Below, piece by piece: positions 45,901 to 52,549 of a stretch of 52,549 nucleotides of DNA. This DNA comes from Hydrurus foetidus (taxonomy: Eukaryota). How positions within the stretch are numbered: position 1 is the first letter of the stretch; each line of letters opens with the position of its first letter. The notes beneath the pieces were generated by a model. It was not told the origin of the DNA, did not search any database, and saw only the letters and a list, made by a program, of their open reading frames with translations. The stretch lies in contig UYFQ01000778.1 of NCBI GenBank assembly GCA_900617105.1, positions 1-52,549 on the forward strand, in the 5' to 3' direction. Both the position numbers and the translations under genes were made by a program.

Positions 45901-47772
45901 CTGTGGTGTCTATGAAGACAATGTCCACAGCCAAAACTTGCTCCACCTGCACCAGCGCAGGTGTTAGCGAGATATCAGCGACTGGCGAAGATTTCTTATG
46001 AGTTCGCCCCCTCATGCTCGCCAAGCATTTGCCCCATATGGAATGAGCTATCCTGAAATCGTTCTCCGACACATCAAAGTTGTTCCCCCCGCGGATCATG
46101 GCGATCGCCATCTCAACTGGCGGGTATCCCATGCGTGCCAGCAACTCTCTCGCCCGCCCGGCCGATGCAATTTCCCTCTTAGTGTATCGTGCCATGTTGT
46201 CGCTCACCGTCGTCACGAGAGCTCTCTGGATAGGATGATTGCTCGGCGTCGCTCGCACCATCGAGCGAACGTCGCATACGTAGAAGCGGCCAGTAGATCC
46301 AGTCACAGGTTGTCTACAGAAACTGTAGATGTTGAGGCTCCCAGCCGGCTGAAGGGTAAATCTGCCCGCAGCATGATCGTAGCGAATGTCGGCTCCGCTG
46401 TCAACCATCGCGGCAAATGACAGGATGTTTGCCGTCGCCCCCTGGCTGAAGTAGACTGGCCCCACCTCGCCAAAGTCTCCTTCCATGTCAACTCGAACAG
46501 CATCTGCCTCGAGCTGTACGCCGTTCAATAGAATCCCTCGTTTGGACTTCCTGATATCGGTAAGTAAATTCGGATTGCAAAACACGTTAACCGACGCCTG
46601 ATTGTCTAGCAGGACGTGACTCTTGGAGAACAGCACGACTTCGGTCGTCGTGACGAATGCCGTCTCGTCTGCCGTCTCGTCGTCGTCGAGATCTTCCTCT
46701 ACATCGATGTAGAGCGCTTGTTCGCCGACTTTGCGCTCTTCGCAATCTCTCGCGTAGTGGCCTGTCCCCCCGCATACGAAACAAGTCACTGACGACGATG
46801 GTTTCTTTTTCGGTGTTGTGGTCTTGCCCTTGACCTTCTTTCCCGCGACTTTTTCCTTTGCCGGCATTGCCAGATCTGTCAAAAATGCGGAATGTTGCTC
46901 GCCGCCAAGGGGGACCACCCCGCTCGAGTTCGTCCAAGACGACGCTACCCTGTATGCTCCGGCTAAGGTAGGAGGGTAGCTATTCGGGAGGTTTTGTACA
47001 GCATTGTTACGCATGACAGTGAGCATACCGGTATACCTTTTAGGGTCCAATTTGCATAGGAAGTCGATTGCACGAATCGACTCCTCTACTTCTGCCATAC
47101 CGACACCACGGTTGGCTAGCACCTGGTTGTCAAACCGTGTTTTGAACTCGCCTATGATCTCACGGTCACCTTGTCTAAGGTAGTTGTACCTAATAGTCTG
47201 TTCGTGGATGTTGACTGCTCGCATTGAATCATCCTCACCATAGATATGAGTGAGATGGCTCTTCCTGATGTACTCCCATAGCTTCACGCTATCGAGTCGC
47301 ATTCTCGTTCCCTCGTACCCTGGTTCCTCTCGAACCTTGGACTTTGACCCTGTGGACATGCGTGACCACATCAACGGCCAGAGCTTCTGCTCATCCACTT
47401 TTTGCAATTCTACAGCCTTTCGGCGTGATTCGAACGCATTCAATCTCAATCTTTCGAGAAGTGCAGCCGGGAGCACCACAGTGGCCTCCGCGGGTCCCTG
47501 CACCCGGTTTTCCTCGGCGTCCTCGTCATCGTCGGTCCCTGCTTCGTCTGCACCTTGTCCCGCCGCTGGAGTGGCCGGGTTGTAATCCTCCTCACGAGGA
47601 TAAGGAATGAAGTGACTTGCGTTGGTGGTGAAGAACATGCCTGTCATGCCGTACAGCGCGCATGCTTGGTCCTGCATTTCTTCCCTCCACTGCACCACAT
47701 TGTTGTAGCGACCAATTTCAGAATGCACGCTTCAGTGCCTGATTTTGGTTCCTCTTGCTTCTTTGGTGGCAT
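42999..47772 (-). pseudogene. copia gag-pol broken by three frame disruptions (about 47715, 45110 and 43840)
   Basis: CFVCGGTGHYARDC knuckle, LLDNQAS protease, DIVF/SDGE/ERRI integrase, KARLVAGG/KALYG/HVDD RT and FVDASY/SSTEAEL RNase H, spread over ORFs 44978-47728, 43672-45180 and 42999-43898. Confidence 0.9.
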
Positions 47773-47787
47773 CTCGATGCGCTGATT

Positions 47788-47797
47788 AGTTTAAATA
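47788..47797 (-). promoter_or_regulatory. Non-tRNA primer-binding site TATTTAAACT, complementary to the element's own LTR (47895-47904)
   Basis: Directly abuts the 5' LTR; lacks TGG; part of an 11-bp inverted match 47788-47798 / 47894-47904. Confidence 0.65.
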
Positions 47798-48115
47798 TGT
47801 TGGGGATTCTCAGAATCCGGATACTTAGCAACTCCGCGTAAGTTGAACCGAAGAGCCAATACTCGTGAAATAGACGATTTGTGTAATCACTTGATATTTA
47901 AACTTGTGCACCGTCATCAATCAAGACGGCAACGAAGCTTTTACAATCTCAAGTCACTCGCACTCAGTATCCGAAGCAGTCACAATATCGGATTAATGGC
48001 TCGTATGAGCCCACGCAACCGACGGTCCTCGACCCGACCCCGCAGGGTGCGTGCCGCTGACCGTCGGGATCCATACACACATCTACTACAGTGTCTTTTC
48101 CCGGATAATCCAACA
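47798..48115 (-). repeat. 5' LTR of copia element
   Basis: Direct repeat of 42473-42790. Confidence 0.97.
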
Positions 48116-48479
48116 TGATACTCTAGAAAATTGCAGGCTATCTAATTTTTGATGTGGATGACTGGAAAGGAGTCATATTTGGGGGGTCTAAATGTGTCAG
48201 AATAATCATTTCTTAATAGAAGTCAATGTACGATTTTAGCCCAATTTTCGTGAAACGGATTCTGCAACTAGCCGAATCTGGTCGTGGACGGCTAAAAAGA
48301 TACCGTTAAAGCAAAGCTAACCGGTTAACCGTAAGATAGTTCAATCGGTCCCCGTAGGATGGAAAGGAAACGTTGCCTGCTGCAACTTTGCGACATTTGC
48401 AAACGTGTCCCGATCACTTTCGTTGTAAAGATCAGTATCTGTCTGCGTTGCAAAATTACCCTCCCCCGTATCCAAGAAT

Positions 48480-48692
48480 ATGAATCCTTTTTTGATCATG
48501 ATGGCCTCAGCGAAAGAGAATGCTGCTATGAAAAAAACAGTGCCGATTGCACCAAAAGTTGTTCAGAAAGTTGTTCAAAAGTTTTTCGAGGAGAAAGCGA
48601 ACATGGAGGGGGGCAAAATGCCCCCTGCAAACCAGAGTTGGAGAAAAGCCACAGCAGCGGGATTTATTGGTCAGCTGCTGCATCTGGTGTGA
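48480..48692 (+). CDS. Possible small protein (70 aa)
   Basis: ATG-initiated ORF with protein-like composition between the two LTR elements; no recognisable motif. Confidence 0.3.
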   Translation: MNPFLIMMASAKENAAMKKTVPIAPKVVQKVVQKFFEEKANMEGGKMPPANQSWRKATAAGFIGQLLHLV

Positions 48693-48940
48693 TCTGCAGA
48701 GAATGCCTCGTGTCGATTGTGATGTTCCATTGAGGTTTTGAAAAATGTCAGATCCCAACTATGCCATTTCCGTATTTAAAAATTCCGTGTGAGACGTTTT
48801 CCGCCTACCGGATATCGATTTCGTACTTCTCAGGGGTCCTATAATCACCCTTTAAACGGATTTAGAGTCATTTCCGTAAAATTTTGGAAAAAAAAGCGTT
48901 CTTAATTGGAGTTTAAGAAATAAAGGGTCCCCCACTCTAC

Positions 48941-51900
48941 TGTATCTAACGCATAATGGTGGCTGATATTTTAAGCGTGCCCCCCGTTTCGAAATCCAGC
49001 GGGGAATGAGTCCCTCATCGATTCTATGAATGGGCAAGTTGTGGTCTTGGGCGGGGCCTAGGACGTTGGAGCTAAAAGTGGTGGTCGGTTGATGCAAGCG
49101 GTGGGCAAGGGAAGAAAGGATAGGTGGAGTAAACTTGTGTTAGTATTTTACAGTTGAGTATCTACAAGTGATGTGTACGCTAAAGTGCATTCACGTCATA
49201 TGTGGAACTAAGACCTAAAAGTGGAATCTGGGCGTAATATACCTATTGTACCTAGTTAACCTAGACACATTGTATCCCCTTAGGAATGCAATAAGGCTAC
49301 ACTACCCCTTCTTCCTTTTTTGAAGATCTTTGATATGATATACAAAAAAAAATGAAAAAAAGAAAAGATATGTAAAACATATATATGAGATATAGATGAA
49401 ACGATGATGTCAGACTTTTACTGACTAAACTCTCCAAAAAAGACCCGTAGGTAAAAAAAATAGGAGAGAATCCTCATGGATAAAGTTTCAAATATATTAA
49501 GTCATCTATGTTGCTTATTGATTAATTTAGTCATGTTATTATGACGTAAATAATCATGAAGTTTATCAACATCACGAAGACTTGAATAAGGTTCCCAAGT
49601 GTTTTTGTCTGAAGGGTAATTTAACCATTTGACTAAAAACTCTATGTGGGTACGTTGGTGTTTGCCACGATGATCAAGAATGTCTTCAACAAAGTATTCC
49701 ATGTGATCACGTCGTGCAACATCCAACGGATTTGTGATTGAAGGGTCAAATAGAAAAGGTTTCATTGCAGAAACATGAAACTCTGAAGTTTTCTGAGTGA
49801 CTAAATCATAAAGTGTGTAACGCGAATTTTCGCCACTAACGACTTTTAATGGGCCTCTCCAATGCGTGTGAAGACGTGAAGGAGGGGATCCATCGCGATA
49901 GTGCACTAAGACATAAGAGTCTTTTGGATAATCTACATGCTGAAAAACTTGAGACTGACTTTGATGAAGCAAATCTGTGCGAAGAAGTTCTTTAGCAGAA
50001 GCTTTAAGAAGACTGTCTTGCGTTTTGAGTAGATTGCTCATACGCTTTGACAAAGGTTTGTCATCAGTAACATTTCGCTCAGCAGGAGGTAAAAAAATAC
50101 CTCTATCGAGTTTGAGTACATTTCCGAAAAGAAGTTGAGAAGATGATATTTTAAACGATCACTGTGATTAGAATTTAAGATTCGTTGCACAAATGGAAGT
50201 GACGTTTTATAATCTTCTAGTGTGACATTATCGAATGTTAATGCACGAAGATGTCTATTAACTTCTTTATTCATGCGCTCAACAATAGCATTTTCTTCTT
50301 TAGAATATGCTAAAGTAAGACAATGTTGAGTGCCAATAAGAGTTAGAAACTCTCTAATAACTTCGGAAATGAAGTGTGGCCCATTATCAGAACGGAGTTG
50401 GAGAGGTGCGCCGAAACGACCGAAGTGTTGCAAGAGGCATTTAGCTGTTGAAAGTGCTGTAGCATCTTCTGTATGAAACAGTTCAACCCATCTTGTGAAC
50501 GTATCGATAATTACGAGTACGTACCCGCCGTCTGGAAACGGTCCTATGAAGTCTATGTTAAGGCATTCCATAGGTGTGTAAGTAGAAGTCGAGAAACCAT
50601 GAGCATGTATTGGTATCTTTAACATACTCATTTTCTGACAACACGAACAGTGATCTATGAACCACCTGACGTGCTGACGCATATATTGCCATACTATTTT
50701 TTGTCAATGAGACGCTTTAAAGTGCGCTCAAGGCCAAAATGCCCAACTTGTGAATTGTGTACTTTACTGATTGTATTGTACTGATCACGTGTTAGTTTGA
50801 ATTTTTCAATAGTATTAGCAGACATGATTGCATCAGGAGTATATTCCTGAGGGAAATCAACCATGTTATTGCGACAGAGTCGAGACATCGAATCAGCTAT
50901 ATCATTGTTAGCACCAGGTATATATTCAATTTTAAATGAATATTCGGATAAGGCCATAAACCACCGAACAATCATTGGATTTGAATTATCCTTGATGTAT
51001 AACAAGTTACGATGATCTGTACGCAATGTGAACGTACGATCACGTAATAGCGATTTTAAATACGTGCACGAATAAAAGATAGCATATGCTTCTTTTTGTA
51101 TAACAGCCCAACGAAGCTGAGCTTTGTTAAGTGATTTACTGACAAATGCTATGGGCGTTTCTTGACCGTCAACTAGCTGGAAAAGATAGGCACCTACACC
51201 ATAGTCCGATGCATCAGTGTGCAAGTAAATCGGATCGGTGTCACTTAAAAAGTGCATAGTCGTGCATTTGCATTTTGAAATCTCGGATTTGATCAAATTG
51301 AATGCTCTGAGAGCTTCTATTGTCCAAGTTATTTTCTTATACTTATTATAGTTAAGAAGCAACTGATGTAACGGGTATACAACAGTAGAAGCGTTTCTAA
51401 CAAAGTCGTGAAAATAATTAACCAATCCTAAAAAACTTTTGAGTTGTTTAGATAGTACTGGTTTAGGAAAATCTAAGACAGTCCGTATTTTTTCTTGTGA
51501 CATTCTAAGTCCATCTGCAGATAGAACTTTGCCAACATAATCTATTTCGGCATAGCCTAGATAACACTTATTCGGTTTAAGGAATATTTTGTGTTTTCTA
51601 AAACGTTCAAAAACAAGACGAAGTCTAGAAATAAGTTCGTCAATGTCTTTACCGAAAACATTGCAATCATCTATGTACATTTCGCATATAGAGTATATCA
51701 GCCCTGCTAACACAACAGTCGTCATAATCTGTTGGAAATAGGAGGGTGCTTGTTTTGGCCCAAAGGGTAAACGAGTGAATTGATATACTCCGCAGAATAG
51801 TATGAATGCAGTATAAGCACGTGCAGCGAGTGTAAGTGGTGCTTGATGGTAACCTTGAGTGAGGTCAAGTACAGCAAACACTTTTGCTTTATGTGCACCT

Positions 51901-52549
51901 ATTCGACGCAACATCTCACCGATGTGTGGAATAGGATGTGATTTATCTTCGGTACAATTGTTGAGATTCCGAAAATCAATACACATGCGCTTAGTTCCAT
52001 CAGATTTTGAACTAGTAAAACTTGGCTATAATAAGCCGCGTTTGATTTTTCAACAATATTTTGTTTTTCAAGTTTTTTAATTTGACTAAGAATGTCAGCT
52101 TGATCAACTGTTGATTTAGCCCATGGAGGTTGTCTATTTTTAGAGACTCTCCATTGGTCGTCATTGACATGAAAGTCAAAGGGTGGAATATTAGCAGGAG
52201 TGGCCGAAAGTTCACTGCTAAATATATCCTTGAATTCGTGTACTAGTAACCGAAGTTTATTTTTCTGATCTTCATCACCTGCTAAGTTTATTAGCGAGAG
52301 TGGGTCAGTATCAGGAAATTCATCTATCCAAGGTGAAAACGAGTCCTTGATCGAGTCGTCGATTTCGTCCTCATCAGGGGGCACAGCCTCAAAAAGTCTT
52401 TCAGACTCTTGTATTAGTGAAGCTAGAATAACATGTGTTTGGGTTACTGCCGGTTTCACCTTTTGGGTTAAAGGATCGACCTTTGGGGAGCCATCAGAGG
52501 GTTGCAACTTCTCCTTAGGCTGACAGCCACACGTTATATCCACTTGTTA
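48941..52549 (-). mobile_element. Ty3/gypsy chromovirus-type retrotransposon, 3' part (5' end outside the window); putative 3' LTR 48941-49301, PPT 49302-49321
   Basis: Minus-strand PPT AAAAAAGGAAGAAGGGGTAG followed by TGTA; TGTA...TACA ends. The left LTR boundary is inferred. Confidence 0.88.
49502..52549 (-). pseudogene. gypsy pol (RT-RNaseH-IN-chromodomain), frameshifted near 52000, 50690 and 50150
   Basis: MCIDFRNLN, YIDD, HTDASDYG, H..GH..CSCC, DFIGP/SDNG/ERMN, WRGP and chromodomain YFVEDILDHR..FLVKW..NTWEP. Confidence 0.92.

Larger units (their letters stand above)
42473..48115 (-). mobile_element. Full-length Ty1/copia LTR retrotransposon (resembles stramenopile CoDi-like lineages), TSD TGATA
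   Basis: 318-bp TG..CA LTRs at 42473-42790 and 47798-48115 (2 differences seen); TGATA at 42468-42472 and 48116-48120; gag-PR-IN-RT-RH order. Confidence 0.97.

Noticed and set aside
48004..48013. TATGAGCCCA resembling the half-tRNA-iMet PBS of copia elements
   Set aside because: It lies inside the LTR and on the antisense strand, so it cannot act as this element's PBS.
42518..48118. Duplicated ORF MNRRANTRE.. at 42518 and 47843
   Set aside because: Antisense frame within the LTRs with a TTG start; no coding evidence.

Overview
Eukaryotic, intron-rich nuclear DNA from a photosynthetic ochrophyte. This rests on an Lhcf antenna gene and signal-peptide+AF plastid-targeting motifs; a chrysophyte-like host is inference only. 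About half the window is mobile DNA. (1) An AT-rich, element-like block (1-6960, left end outside the window) carries two convergent papain-fold cysteine peptidase genes, an orphan gene and oriented AGGACGC motif arrays. (2) A 4.4-kb pogo-like DD40D transposon has 548-bp TIRs and a TA duplication. (3) A cluster holds two PIF/Harbinger-superfamily elements, one nested in a MITE-like element. (4) A full-length Ty1/copia (318-bp LTRs, TGATA TSD) has no tRNA PBS and looks self-priming. (5) The 3' part of a chromodomain Ty3/gypsy runs off the window. Host genes: LONRF-like RING/Lon-N protein, ankyrin protein, small membrane protein, KTI12, Lhcf, plastid glutathione peroxidase, a secreted RXL-repeat polyprotein, an M41-like pseudopeptidase and a divergent PPP phosphatase. 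The best candidates for new biology are the self-priming copia, the RXL-cleaved repeat polyprotein and the twin-peptidase element. All gene models were spliced by eye and no database searches were run.
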